From NCBI RefSeq assembly GCF_024298765.1, contig NZ_CP101210.1: a stretch of 64,000 bases of DNA; one strand, given 5' to 3'. The notes under the pieces are model-generated. The model was not told where the DNA came from and did no database searches. It was given only the letters and a program-made list of their open reading frames with translations. This DNA comes from Escherichia coli (GTDB taxonomy: Bacteria > Pseudomonadota > Gammaproteobacteria > Enterobacterales > Enterobacteriaceae). Both the position numbers and the translations under genes were made by a program. Of the stretch, positions 1-9,255 are shown piece by piece (within the stretch, counting starts at the first letter, position 1; every line of letters starts with the position of its first letter).

Positions 1-129
1 GATCCGGACCTTATCTGGTCATTACCTGACGGAGAAATACGTCGCTACGACAGGCGTCAGAACATAATCTGCCGCGAGTGCCGGAAGAGTGAAGTTATGC
101 AGCGCATACTGGCATTTTATCAGGGATAA
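1..129 (+). CDS. 3' end of a hypothetical prophage protein (partial, continues left of window)
   Basis: Frame 1 is open from the window edge to TAA at 127-129; no recognisable motif. Confidence 0.25.
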   Translation, partial: DPDLIWSLPDGEIRRYDRRQNIICRECRKSEVMQRILAFYQG

Positions 130-190
130 TGTTAGATATTTTAGACGTTACTAGATTAAAAAGCATTAGTTCAGGAGTGAATTGACATTC

Positions 191-433
191 TCATTTTTCA
201 TGGCACAGGGTAGATCTGGCGTGGTTGTCCGCTTTGTGCCAACAGCGGACGTTACTAACGAAACTGTGAGTTAAAAACGGGAGCTGGTCACCTCCATCCC
301 GCGAAATGGAATTCAAAAATGCCCTCATGTACGGTACTTCTAGTCTGATGTGAGCATTTTCGTGGATTTTTTCGAGCCACTCCAACGAATGATTACATTC
401 AGTTTCGGGCACTAAAACGTCATAAATCCGCAA
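191..433 (-). CDS. hypothetical protein (80 aa)
   Basis: ORF in the six-frame track; no recognisable family; may be spurious. Confidence 0.2.
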   Translation of the reverse strand: MRIYDVLVPETECNHSLEWLEKIHENAHIRLEVPYMRAFLNSISRDGGDQLPFLTHSFVSNVRCWHKADNHARSTLCHEK

Positions 434-662
434 GTTGAGGAGTAGCGATCAGCCAATTGGTTAAAAAACAGCTTTAATTCCCTTTTTCAAGCAGGCTCCT
501 TGTCGCACGTCTGGTGCATCCAATTCATTTCAGTTACCCTGATGCCATACTGGCACGGACTAGCTCTCTTAATTGGCGCTGGTTTGTTAACCTTGTCCGC
601 TGTCGGGTCTTTGTAAGTTGTAATTCCTAAACTAGCATAATTTTATTATAAGGCCTCTTACT

Positions 663-1688
663 ATGCACATTTTATCTGTTTCAAAAAAGGAAGTTGGAAG
701 AGCTGGGGATAGATTAGTTTCTCAGTTTGGTACAGGTGAAAAATATAAAGAGGAAGATGTACAAATTCTTCATGAGTGGAGGATGTTGCATTTATATCCT
801 TTAAGTAAAATACAATTTTATATGGAAAGAGAGGCTATTTCCTTAAACAAAAATGCGTTACTATCCTCTAGAATTAAGAGGATGCCTTCCATTGTTACTA
901 AGCTTTCTAGATTTCCTGATATGAAGTTAAATAAGATGCAGGATCTTGGTGGGTGCCGGGCTATTTTAAATAATCTGGATCAAGTGTATGATTTAGTTAA
1001 TAAAATAAAATCATCTAAATTCTCACATGAACTAGTTAGAATGGATGATTACATGATAGACGTGAAAGATTCTGGTTATAGAAGCTTTCATATGGTCTAT
1101 TCATTCCAAAATAAAAAATTTCCATCTTTAAATGGGTTGCGCATTGAAATGCAAATAAGAACAGCTATTCAACATAGCTGGGCTACAGCAGTTGAAATGG
1201 TTGGTTTGTTTCGAAAGGAATCATTGAAATCTGGTTTTGGTGATGCAAGATGGCTTAGGTTTTTTGAATTGGTATCAGAGCTTTTTTATAAACTTGAGTA
1301 TGAAAAAGAACCATCTGGGAGTTATATAAAAATATCAGAAGAATTAAGTTATTTATCCGTCGAGTTGAATGTTTTCGATATATTAGCTGCTTACAATGCC
1401 GTAGTTAGCCATATTGAGGGTAGCAAAAAATATGATAAAGGACTTTGCATAATTGTTGTTGATACCATAAAGCGGAATATAAATATAAAGAGCTTCGAAA
1501 ATCACAATCATGCGAAGGCGGCAGAAGCTTATGTCGAGTCTGAAAAATACTGCGCGGAAAATAAAGGCTGTGAAGTGGCTATGGTTTCTGTTAGTTCAAT
1601 TAGTGAATTAAAAAATGCATATCCTGCTTACTTTTTAGATACGAAAACTTTTTTAAATTATCTCAGTAGGTATGTTTTTATAAAATAA
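663..1688 (+). CDS. RelA/SpoT-domain nucleotidyltransferase (small alarmone synthetase-like, toxSAS/CapRel-like) with fused C-terminal domain of unknown function
   Basis: 341-aa ORF. Synthetase-fold motifs visible in the translation: RIKRMPSIVTK (RxKxxxSxxxK), DLGGCRAI (DxxGxR), GYRSFHMVY (compare GYQSLH of Rel enzymes), EMQIRTAIQHSWA (E-x-Q-I-R-T...H). About 140 aa of C-terminal extension without a recognised motif. Visibly AT-rich relative to flanks. Confidence 0.7.
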   Translation: MHILSVSKKEVGRAGDRLVSQFGTGEKYKEEDVQILHEWRMLHLYPLSKIQFYMEREAISLNKNALLSSRIKRMPSIVTKLSRFPDMKLNKMQDLGGCRAILNNLDQVYDLVNKIKSSKFSHELVRMDDYMIDVKDSGYRSFHMVYSFQNKKFPSLNGLRIEMQIRTAIQHSWATAVEMVGLFRKESLKSGFGDARWLRFFELVSELFYKLEYEKEPSGSYIKISEELSYLSVELNVFDILAAYNAVVSHIEGSKKYDKGLCIIVVDTIKRNINIKSFENHNHAKAAEAYVESEKYCAENKGCEVAMVSVSSISELKNAYPAYFLDTKTFLNYLSRYVFIK

Positions 1689-2121
1689 AAAATGTTATCT
1701 GGAGTGGTCTGAATTCTACTAACTTAGTTTTTTCAGACCGCTTCTGACCACAATGGCCTGTGAGGTTCTGCTGCTAGTCAACATAAAATAACAAAGCCGG
1801 CAGGTGGTGGTTGTTGTAAAGTTATTCAATGACATTCATGGAGGCTTAAGCGAATTATTTGTCCCTGGTCGGTATGGTGGCAACAGCTTGTTGCGAGAAT
1901 TTGGCTAATTTGGACTGACTTCCGCTCCTTGCTCAAAGCGGACTAGAAGGTTAGCTTGTGTCGGACTTTGCGTATTAAAAGAAGTGCTGGTGGTGACTAG
2001 TGGTTGAGCCCCATTTCCACAGAAAAAATCAGAGAAACTATACCCAATAGTTGTATTGAATCACTGACGAGACAGCCTCATATTCATCAGGACTGGTGTA
2101 CGTCCAATACAGGAGGTTGTG

Positions 2122-2211
2122 GTGCTGGTTCTCAAATGTGCGCTGGCTATTACGGCTGTAATGGCGATTTATTGTCTTGCTATTGTTCTTATGGATCGCC
2201 TTTCTGACTGA
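2122..2211 (+). CDS. small hydrophobic peptide (29 aa, GTG start), candidate membrane/toxin-like peptide
   Basis: AGGAGG at 2111-2116, 5 nt upstream of GTG at 2122; translation VLVLKCALAITAVMAIYCLAIVLMDRLSD, stop TGA 2209-2211; one predicted transmembrane helix. Too short for the ORF track. Confidence 0.3.
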   Translation: MLVLKCALAITAVMAIYCLAIVLMDRLSD

Positions 2212-2422
2212 TTTCATATTGGCGAGGTAAAGGTAGTTAAGTAGAATGGCTGCGGGTGCTTGAGGCTATCTGCCTCGGGCATGAACACCAAAGGCAGATA
2301 GAGAAAAGCCCCAGTTAACATTACGCGTCCTGCAAGACGCTTAACATTAATCTGAGGCCAATTTCATGCTAGACACATGTAGGTTAGCCTCTTACGTGCC
2401 GGAAGGCAAGGAGAAGCAGGCT

Positions 2423-2578
2423 ATGAAGCAGCAAAAGGCGATGTTAATCGCCCTGATCGTCATCTGTTTAACCGTCATAGTGACGGCACTGGTAACGAGG
2501 AAAGACCTCTGCGAGGTACGAATCCGAACCGGCCAGACGGAGGTCGCTGTCTTCACAGCTTACGAACCTGAGGAGTAA
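2423..2578 (+). CDS. hokD: Hok-family type I toxin HokD (RelF)
   Basis: Translation MKQQKAMLIALIVICLTVIVTALVTRKDLCEVRIRTGQTEVAVFTAYEPEE matches HokD as I recall it; the track ORF 2366..2578 extends 19 codons upstream in frame. Confidence 0.8.
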   Translation: MKQQKAMLIALIVICLTVIVTALVTRKDLCEVRIRTGQTEVAVFTAYEPEE

Positions 2579-2646
2579 GAGACCCGGCGAGGGAGAAATC
2601 CCTCGCCACCTCTGATGTGGCAGGCATCCTCAACGCACCCGCACTT

Positions 2647-2678
2647 AACCCGCTTCGGCGGGTTTTTGTTTTTATTTT
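2647..2678 (+). terminator. intrinsic terminator downstream of hokD
   Basis: GC hairpin AACCCGC-TTCG-GCGGGTT followed by a T-run. Confidence 0.6.
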
Positions 2679-2794
2679 CAACGCGTTTGAAGTTCTGGAC
2701 GGTGCCGGAATAGAATCAAAAATACTTAAGTAGCGCGCAGGGATAAGAGGGATGGTCCCTTAAAGGGGAGAGCTAATTATCCGGAAGGATTCTG

Positions 2795-3046
2795 ATGATG
2801 AACATCGAAGAACTGCGTAAAATTTTTTGTGAAGATGGCCTCTATGCTGTGTGCGTTGAAAATGGAAATCTTGTTAGTCATTACCGCATTATGTGTTTGC
2901 GAAAGAATGGGGCTGCGTTAATTAATTTTGTGGATGGTCGAGTGACAGACGGATTTATCTTGCGCGAAGGTGAGTTTGTCACTTCATTACAGGCACTGAA
3001 AGAGATCGGAATAAAAGCAGGCTTTTCAGCTTTTGCAGAAGAATAA
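2795..3046 (+). CDS. rem: prophage protein Rem-like (83 aa)
   Basis: 83-aa ORF at the position and size of Qin rem, between hokD and ydfU; assigned by synteny and length. Confidence 0.5.
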   Translation: MMNIEELRKIFCEDGLYAVCVENGNLVSHYRIMCLRKNGAALINFVDGRVTDGFILREGEFVTSLQALKEIGIKAGFSAFAEE

Positions 3047-3112
3047 ACTCATCTACAATCTTGCGCGGGGCTGAACTCCCGCTGAGTAACACCGTGCCAC
3101 CGGAGAAAACCG

Positions 3113-3391
3113 ATGGCACGCAACGTAAAATATTACAATTCTGATAATTCGCCCGTTCTTGCCTGCACGCACGGGCGGTATTCTCACGCATTCAAGTCTG
3201 AATGGTTCCAGCACCCTCCATGCACTGCAGAACAGGCCGAATGGCTGATTCATTCTTACTGCAGGCGCGGGTTCGAGGTTAAGAAAGCTCTCAGTCTCGA
3301 CTATCGGCACTGGATAATCTCTGTCAGGCTGCCTTATTCCGAACGCCCACCACGTGCGTCCCGCACTTTCCAGCAACGGATCTGGAGGTAA
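3113..3391 (+). CDS. hypothetical protein (92 aa), overlaps the start of the ydfU-like ORF in another frame
   Basis: ORF with GGAGAAAACCG ahead of the ATG; non-repetitive, protein-like composition; ends inside the 5' end of the next ORF. Confidence 0.35.
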   Translation: MARNVKYYNSDNSPVLACTHGRYSHAFKSEWFQHPPCTAEQAEWLIHSYCRRGFEVKKALSLDYRHWIISVRLPYSERPPRASRTFQQRIWR

Positions 3392-4442
3392 CGTGCGGGT
3401 ATTACTTAGACCTGTTCTGGTGCCTGAGCTTGGGCTGGTGGTCCTTAAGCCGGGCCGTGAATCCATACAGATATTTCATAATCCTCGAGTGCTGGTGGAA
3501 CCGGAACCAAAAAGCATGCGTAATCTGCCATCCGGAGTCGTTCCTGCCGTTCGCCAGCCGCTGGCGGAAGACAAAACATTGCTGCCGTTTTTTAGTAACG
3601 AACGGGTGATTCGTGCTGCTGGCGGCGTTGGCGCATTGTCTGACTGGCTATTACGTCATATTACATCCTGCCAGTGGCCTAATGGCGATTACCATCACAC
3701 TGAAACAGTCATTCACCGTTATGGTACCGGCGCAATGGTGTTGTGCTGGCACTGCGACAACCAACTGCGTGACCAGACATCGGAATCACTGGAGCTGCTT
3801 GCTCAACAAAATCTGACAGCATGGGTGATTGACGTCATCCGTCACGCAATAAGCGGTACGCAGGAGCGGGAATTATCTTTGGCTGAATTATCCTGGTGGG
3901 CGGTCTGCAATCAGGTGGTGGATGCACTACCTGAGGCTGTATCGCGTCGTTCGCTGGGATTACCAGCGGAAAAAATCTGCTCGGTGTACCGCGAAAGCGA
4001 CATCGTACCGGGAGAGCAGACCGCCACCAGCATATTGAAACAACGCACAAAAAATCTTGCACCGTTGCCTTACGCCCACCAGCAACAAAAACCACCACAG
4101 GAAAAGACGGTGGTAAGCATCAACGTTGATCCAGAGTCTCCGGAATCTTTCATGAAGCTGCCTAAACGTCGCCGCTGGGTTAAGGAGAAATACACTCGTT
4201 GGGTTAAGACACAGCCGTGTGCTTGCTGCGGTATGCCAGCCGACGATCCGCATCATCTGATTGGTCACGGGCAGGGCGGAATGGGAACAAAAGCACATGA
4301 TCTCTTTGTGTTGCCTTTGTGCAGAAAGCATCACAACGAGCTGCATACGGATACAGTGGCATTTGAAGAGAAGTATGGCTCCCAACTGGAGCTGATATTT
4401 CGTTTTATCGATCGCGCGCTGGCAACTGGCGTACTGGCGTAA
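3354..4442 (+). CDS. ydfU: YdfU-like prophage protein with C-terminal Cys/His HNH-like motif
   Basis: Large ORF upstream of the Q gene as in Qin; C-terminus CACCGMPADDPHHLIGHG...LCRKHHNELH resembles an HNH/zinc-binding nuclease motif. True start uncertain (first 50 aa are low-complexity; an internal Met at 3516 is possible). Confidence 0.5.
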   Translation: MRPALSSNGSGGNVRVLLRPVLVPELGLVVLKPGRESIQIFHNPRVLVEPEPKSMRNLPSGVVPAVRQPLAEDKTLLPFFSNERVIRAAGGVGALSDWLLRHITSCQWPNGDYHHTETVIHRYGTGAMVLCWHCDNQLRDQTSESLELLAQQNLTAWVIDVIRHAISGTQERELSLAELSWWAVCNQVVDALPEAVSRRSLGLPAEKICSVYRESDIVPGEQTATSILKQRTKNLAPLPYAHQQQKPPQEKTVVSINVDPESPESFMKLPKRRRWVKEKYTRWVKTQPCACCGMPADDPHHLIGHGQGGMGTKAHDLFVLPLCRKHHNELHTDTVAFEEKYGSQLELIFRFIDRALATGVLA

Positions 4443-4455
4443 GTGGAGAACGAGC

Positions 4456-5208
4456 ATGAACCTTGAAGCCTTACCAAAATATTACTCCCCAAAATCTCCA
4501 AAATTGAGCGATGACGCTCCAGCGACAGGCACCGGTTGTTTAACAATTACGGATGTAATGGCAGCGCAGGGGATGGTGCAGTCGAAAGCACCACTTGGGT
4601 TGGCCTTATTTCTGGCAAAAGTTGGTGTTCAGGACCCTCAGTTTGCGATTGAAGGCCTGCTAAATTACGCGATGGCACTGGATAACCCGACATTGAACAA
4701 ATTGAGTGAAGAAATCCGGTTACAGATTATTCCTTACCTCGTGAATTTTGCCTTTGCTGATTACTCCAGGTCTGCGGCAAGTAAGGCTCGCTGTGAGCAT
4801 TGTTCAGGTACGGGATTTTATAATGTATTGCGCGAAGTGGTGAAACACTACAGACGCGGGGAATCTGTAATCAAGGAAGAATGGGTGAAGGAACTATGTC
4901 AGCATTGCCATGGTAAGGGCGAAGTCAGCACAGCGTGCAGAGGGTGTAAGGGTAAAGGGATTGTTCTGGATGAAAAAAGAACCCGGTTTCATGGCGTACC
5001 GGTATATAAGATTTGTGGGCGTTGTAATGGAAACCGATTTAGTCGTTTACCGACCACGCTGGCACGACGTCATGTCCAGAAGCTGGTACCAGACCTGACC
5101 GATTATCAGTGGTATAAGGGGTATGCGGACGTCATTGATAAACTGGTAACAAAGTGCTGGCAGGAAGAAGCATACGCGGAAGCGCAATTGAGGAAGGTGA
5201 CGAGATAA
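4456..5208 (+). CDS. quuQ: late-gene antiterminator Q-like protein with DnaJ-type CxxCxGxG zinc-finger repeats
   Basis: 250 aa, matching the length of Qin Quu[25 protein letters not shown] motifs; immediately upstream of a late promoter/terminator pair. Confidence 0.6.
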   Translation: MNLEALPKYYSPKSPKLSDDAPATGTGCLTITDVMAAQGMVQSKAPLGLALFLAKVGVQDPQFAIEGLLNYAMALDNPTLNKLSEEIRLQIIPYLVNFAFADYSRSAASKARCEHCSGTGFYNVLREVVKHYRRGESVIKEEWVKELCQHCHGKGEVSTACRGCKGKGIVLDEKRTRFHGVPVYKICGRCNGNRFSRLPTTLARRHVQKLVPDLTDYQWYKGYADVIDKLVTKCWQEEAYAEAQLRKVTR

Positions 5209-5239
5209 ATGATTTTTGCTGAAGATGGCGACATGATGT

Positions 5240-5268
5240 TTGCATTTTTCAAAAAACATGGATAAGAT
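5240..5268 (+). promoter_or_regulatory. candidate late promoter (PR'-like): -35 TTGCAT, 17-bp spacer, -10 TAAGAT
   Basis: TTGCAT at 5240-5245 and TAAGAT at 5263-5268, 32 nt after the Q stop codon. Confidence 0.45.
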
Positions 5269-5314
5269 TCTCTCAACGATGGGCTTTGTGTATCCGACGT
5301 TTAGAAAAAAGTAG

Positions 5315-5340
5315 AAAACCCGCTTATAAGCGGGTTTTTG
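5315..5340 (+). terminator. intrinsic terminator (tR'-like) downstream of the candidate late promoter
   Basis: AAAACCCGC-TTATAA-GCGGGTTTTT hairpin with T-run. Confidence 0.6.
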
Positions 5341-5883
5341 TGCTTTAAATGGGGCAATAGAGATATTGAATCTCATCCCGGGATAAACATTGGCAGTTGA
5401 AGGTCCACGCGAACCATTTATCCGGCAAAATTCCACGCGTAATCCTGTGGTAATTTCTTCTGCATCTCGAAGATTGAGAGCTGAAACGTGAAGCTGGGCA
5501 TCGATACGCCATCGGATGGGAATATAAGACCTTTGCTGCTTTTGTAGTCAAAGTTTTTGACAATTCCTGTCATTTTAGGGGACAGAAAAACTCCTTAATA
5601 CTGATAACCTGGTGCACCATACACACGTTCCTGGAGAAAACTACTTTTTTGATAGGGTTGAAGGTGGCTGGATGTCTAAAATAAACATTGCTTCATATGT
5701 TCAACTATGAGTTAATGACTGCGTCGGTTTGAAGAACAGACGATATACGAAGTAGTTTACTAAAGCAGTTCTCATTTCAGGTGTTATTCACTTATTCCTT
5801 CTTTGAGTCTCTCCAATTAAGTACGAAGTCGTTTCTGTTATGCAAACCATTTATGCCGAAAGGCTCAAGTTAAGGAATGTAGA

Positions 5884-6099
5884 ATGTCAAATAAAATGAC
5901 TGGTTTAGTAAAATGGTTTAACGCTGATAAAGGTTTCGGCTTTATTTCTCCTGTTGATGGTAGTAAAGATGTGTTTGTGCATTTTTCTGCGATTCAGAAT
6001 GATAATTATCGAACCTTATTTGAAGGTCAAAAGGTTACCTTCTCTATAGAGAGTGGTGCTAAAGGTCCTGCAGCAGTAAATGTCATCATTACTGATTAA
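5884..6099 (+). CDS. cspB: cold-shock protein CspB-like
   Basis: 71 aa [64 protein letters not shown]...; RNP-1-like KGFGFI motif; long upstream leader typical of csp genes. Confidence 0.8.
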   Translation: MSNKMTGLVKWFNADKGFGFISPVDGSKDVFVHFSAIQNDNYRTLFEGQKVTFSIESGAKGPAAVNVIITD

Positions 6100-6380
6100 A
6101 ATTCATCGCTCGTCTGTATACGATAACGAAGAAGGCTGATGCCTGAGTAGAGATACGGACAGAGTAGTGAATATTGGATCTCTTTAATAAAAAGTAAGGA
6201 GGTCCAATACATGAAACAATGGCCAGCATATTTGGCAAAATCTTAATCAGGAAAAGTATGCTAACCATTGTGGTGAAGTGCAGGTTTGCTGCATGAATAG
6301 TTTTACAGCAGAAGCTAACTGCTGGCATGGCAAAACAAAGTGCGTAAGTGGATGACTCCCACAAAAAGCACCACAATCTC

Positions 6381-6405
6381 AAACCCGCTCAGGCGGGTTT
6401 TTTAT
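6381..6405. terminator. GC hairpin with flanking A/T runs (possibly bidirectional terminator)
   Basis: AAACCCGCTCAGGCGGGTTTTTT between cspB and the minus-strand small ORF. Confidence 0.4.
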
Positions 6406-6462
6406 TATCTGCTTTAAATATATTATTAAAATATAAAAAATACTTGTTACTAATAAAATCAA

Positions 6463-6633
6463 TCAGGCTACAGCTTTAAGATTTGTCTGGAATACTTTGT
6501 TGCAATGAGGGCAGATCAAAAGGGCACCTTTTTGTACTCTTGAAAAACTGTGTTCTGACTCTTGGGTGCAGTTTGGGCAGGAACATTTAACGAGATAATT
6601 ACGGCGTGATTTTGAGTCTTTACGTTCTGACAT
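6463..6633 (-). CDS. small zinc-ribbon protein (56 aa from internal Met)
   Basis: CSCPNC...CPHCNK four-Cys ribbon with a basic N-terminus; AGGAAA ahead of the Met at 6633. Confidence 0.35.
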   Translation of the reverse strand: MSERKDSKSRRNYLVKCSCPNCTQESEHSFSRVQKGALLICPHCNKVFQTNLKAVA

Positions 6634-6852
6634 AGGCTTTTCCTGTATAAATGGCCGTATACAGTACACTAAATATGAAAACATTTCTCGTATTATTATT
6701 TTATATATGACTTTCTTTCAAAATAATTACTCACATTTTTAATGTGTATGTTTCTTTAGCGCCGTTGAGAACAACGTGTGCTGTCAAAACTACCCCGTAG
6801 ACTCCGATCTTTTCAAACATATTGCACCATCCGTGTACATCGGGGTGAGGAT

Positions 6853-7068
6853 ATGAAATCAATGGATAAGTTAACAACAGGTGTTGCCTATGGCACATCG
6901 GCGGGTAATGCTGGTTTCTGGGCATTGCAGTTACTCGATAAAGTAACTCCGTCACAGTGGGCTGCAATCGGTGTGCTGGGTAGCCTGGTTTTTGGCCTGC
7001 TGACGTATCTGACAAATCTTTATTTCAAGATTAAAGAAGACAGGCGTAAGGCTGCGAGAGGAGAGTAA
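6853..7068 (+). CDS. essQ: holin (lambdoid S-like, dual-start MKSM motif)
   Basis: 71 aa from ATG 6853 with GGTGAGG upstream; dual-start MKSMDKL, a hydrophobic helix region and a charged C-terminus; directly upstream of ydfR and the lysozyme. Confidence 0.7.
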   Translation: MKSMDKLTTGVAYGTSAGNAGFWALQLLDKVTPSQWAAIGVLGSLVFGLLTYLTNLYFKIKEDRRKAARGE

Positions 7069-7072
7069 TCCA

Positions 7073-7380
7073 ATGACTCAAGACTATGAACTGGTTGTGA
7101 AAGGAGTCCGTAATTTTGAGAATAAAGTTACGGTAACTGTAGCCTTACAGGACAAAGAACGCTTTGACGGTGAAATTTTTGACCTGGATGTCGCCATGGA
7201 CCGTGTTGAAGGAGCTGCGCTGGAGTTTTATGAGGCAGCAGCCAGAAGGAGCGTCCGGCAAGTCTTCCTGGAAGTAGCAGAAAAATTGTCAGAAAAAGTT
7301 GAGTCTTATCTGCAGCATCAGTACTCCTTTAAGATTGAAAATCCTGCCAATAAGCACGAGCGTCCTCATCATAAATATCT

Positions 7381-7384
<4 letters not shown>
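7073..7384 (+). CDS. ydfR: YdfR-like prophage protein (103 aa)
   Basis: ORF between holin and lysozyme, as in Qin; stop overlaps the lysozyme start (ATGA). Confidence 0.5.
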
Positions 7385-8408
<1,024 letters not shown>

Positions 8409-8771
8409 GGTAATATTAAATCGGAACATTTACATCGCGGAATGTAAAATTTAAATAAAAAGGACTCTTCCATGAGCCAAAATTCCTGAAATCTTAAGGG
8501 TAAGATAAAAGGTCTTAATCAGAATGACACGTTTTATTAATAAATAAAGCTATTCTTTCATTGCTGTGTTTTTCTTTACAAAAGTAATCCTTGCTATGGG
8601 TGGTTAATCATGCGTTAATGGTGTTCTGGTTTGTTACAAATTTATCTGAAGCAGTCATTTTTATAATTTTATTATTTGTACCTCTTGAGATTTCCTTGTT
8701 GGTTTTTCTCTCTGATATTTTTTTTTCGGACCATTCTGCCCAAGGGCTAATTTCTTCAAAAGGTAATAATT

Positions 8772-8984
8772 ATGTCTAACAAAATGACTGGTTTAGTGAA
8801 ATGGTTTAACCCTGAAAAAGGTTTTGGTTTCATCACGCCGAAAGATGGCAGCAAAGATGTGTTTGTCCATTTCTCAGCAATTCAGAGCAACGATTTCAAA
8901 ACATTAACTGAGAATCAGGAAGTTGAATTTGGTATTGAGAACGGACCTAAAGGTCCTGCCGCTGTTCATGTAGTGGCGCTTTGA
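8772..8984 (+). CDS. cspI: cold-shock protein CspI-like
   Basis: 70 aa [70 protein letters not shown]. Confidence 0.8.
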   Translation: MSNKMTGLVKWFNPEKGFGFITPKDGSKDVFVHFSAIQSNDFKTLTENQEVEFGIENGPKGPAAVHVVAL

Positions 8985-9015
8985 GGTAGACAATATTACA
9001 AACCATATTCACTTT

Positions 9016-9183
9016 AGATGCCCGTGTTGTCATGGTTCCCAGTATAGAACATCATCTTTTGATGTTTCTGACATGAATCCTTTCGGGGCAAAATGTATCT
9101 TTTGTAAATCAATGATGATTACATTTGATAATATTTCACAATACTTAAATGCCAGCCGTCTGTCGTTGGATTTAAAAAAGTGA
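9016..9183 (+). pseudogene. YnfN-like small zinc-ribbon ORF without a canonical start codon
   Basis: Open frame encoding ...RCPCCHGSQYRTSSFDVSDMNPFGAKCIFCKSMMITFDN...; no ATG/GTG/TTG between the upstream TAG (8971) and the first Cys codon; followed by a strong terminator. Confidence 0.3.
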
Positions 9184-9187
9184 AAAT

Positions 9188-9213
9188 GAAGGCTCCTTCG
9201 GGAGCTTTTTTGC
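9188..9213 (+). terminator. intrinsic terminator
   Basis: GAAGGCTCC-TTCG-GGAGCTTTTTT. Confidence 0.6.
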
Positions 9214-9255
9214 TTGGTGTCTATTCGATGGATACTCACATACTACGGTAACATC

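Noticed and set aside
1-660. Integrase or attachment site at the left of the window
   Set aside because: No recombinase-like ORF in 1-660; the prophage left arm lies outside the window.
2004-2207. 67-aa Cys/Gly-rich ORF (…GGCGAGSQMCAGYYGCNGDLLSCYCSYGSPF), superficially like a microcin or RiPP precursor
   Set aside because: No ribosome-binding site or sensible start context; it overlaps, in another frame, the better-supported 29-codon hydrophobic peptide with a perfect AGGAGG. Probably an artefact; kept only as a note.
3053-3466. 137-aa minus-strand ORF between rem and ydfU
   Set aside because: Overlaps plus-strand ORFs in a co-directional phage operon; no ribosome-binding site; Arg/Pro-rich composition typical of antisense frames.
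5210-5884. Possible tRNA genes downstream of Q, as found in some lambdoid prophages
   Set aside because: No cloverleaf-compatible sequence or conserved tRNA motifs seen by eye; the region is better explained by a late promoter/terminator and the cspB leader. A tRNA scan was not run.
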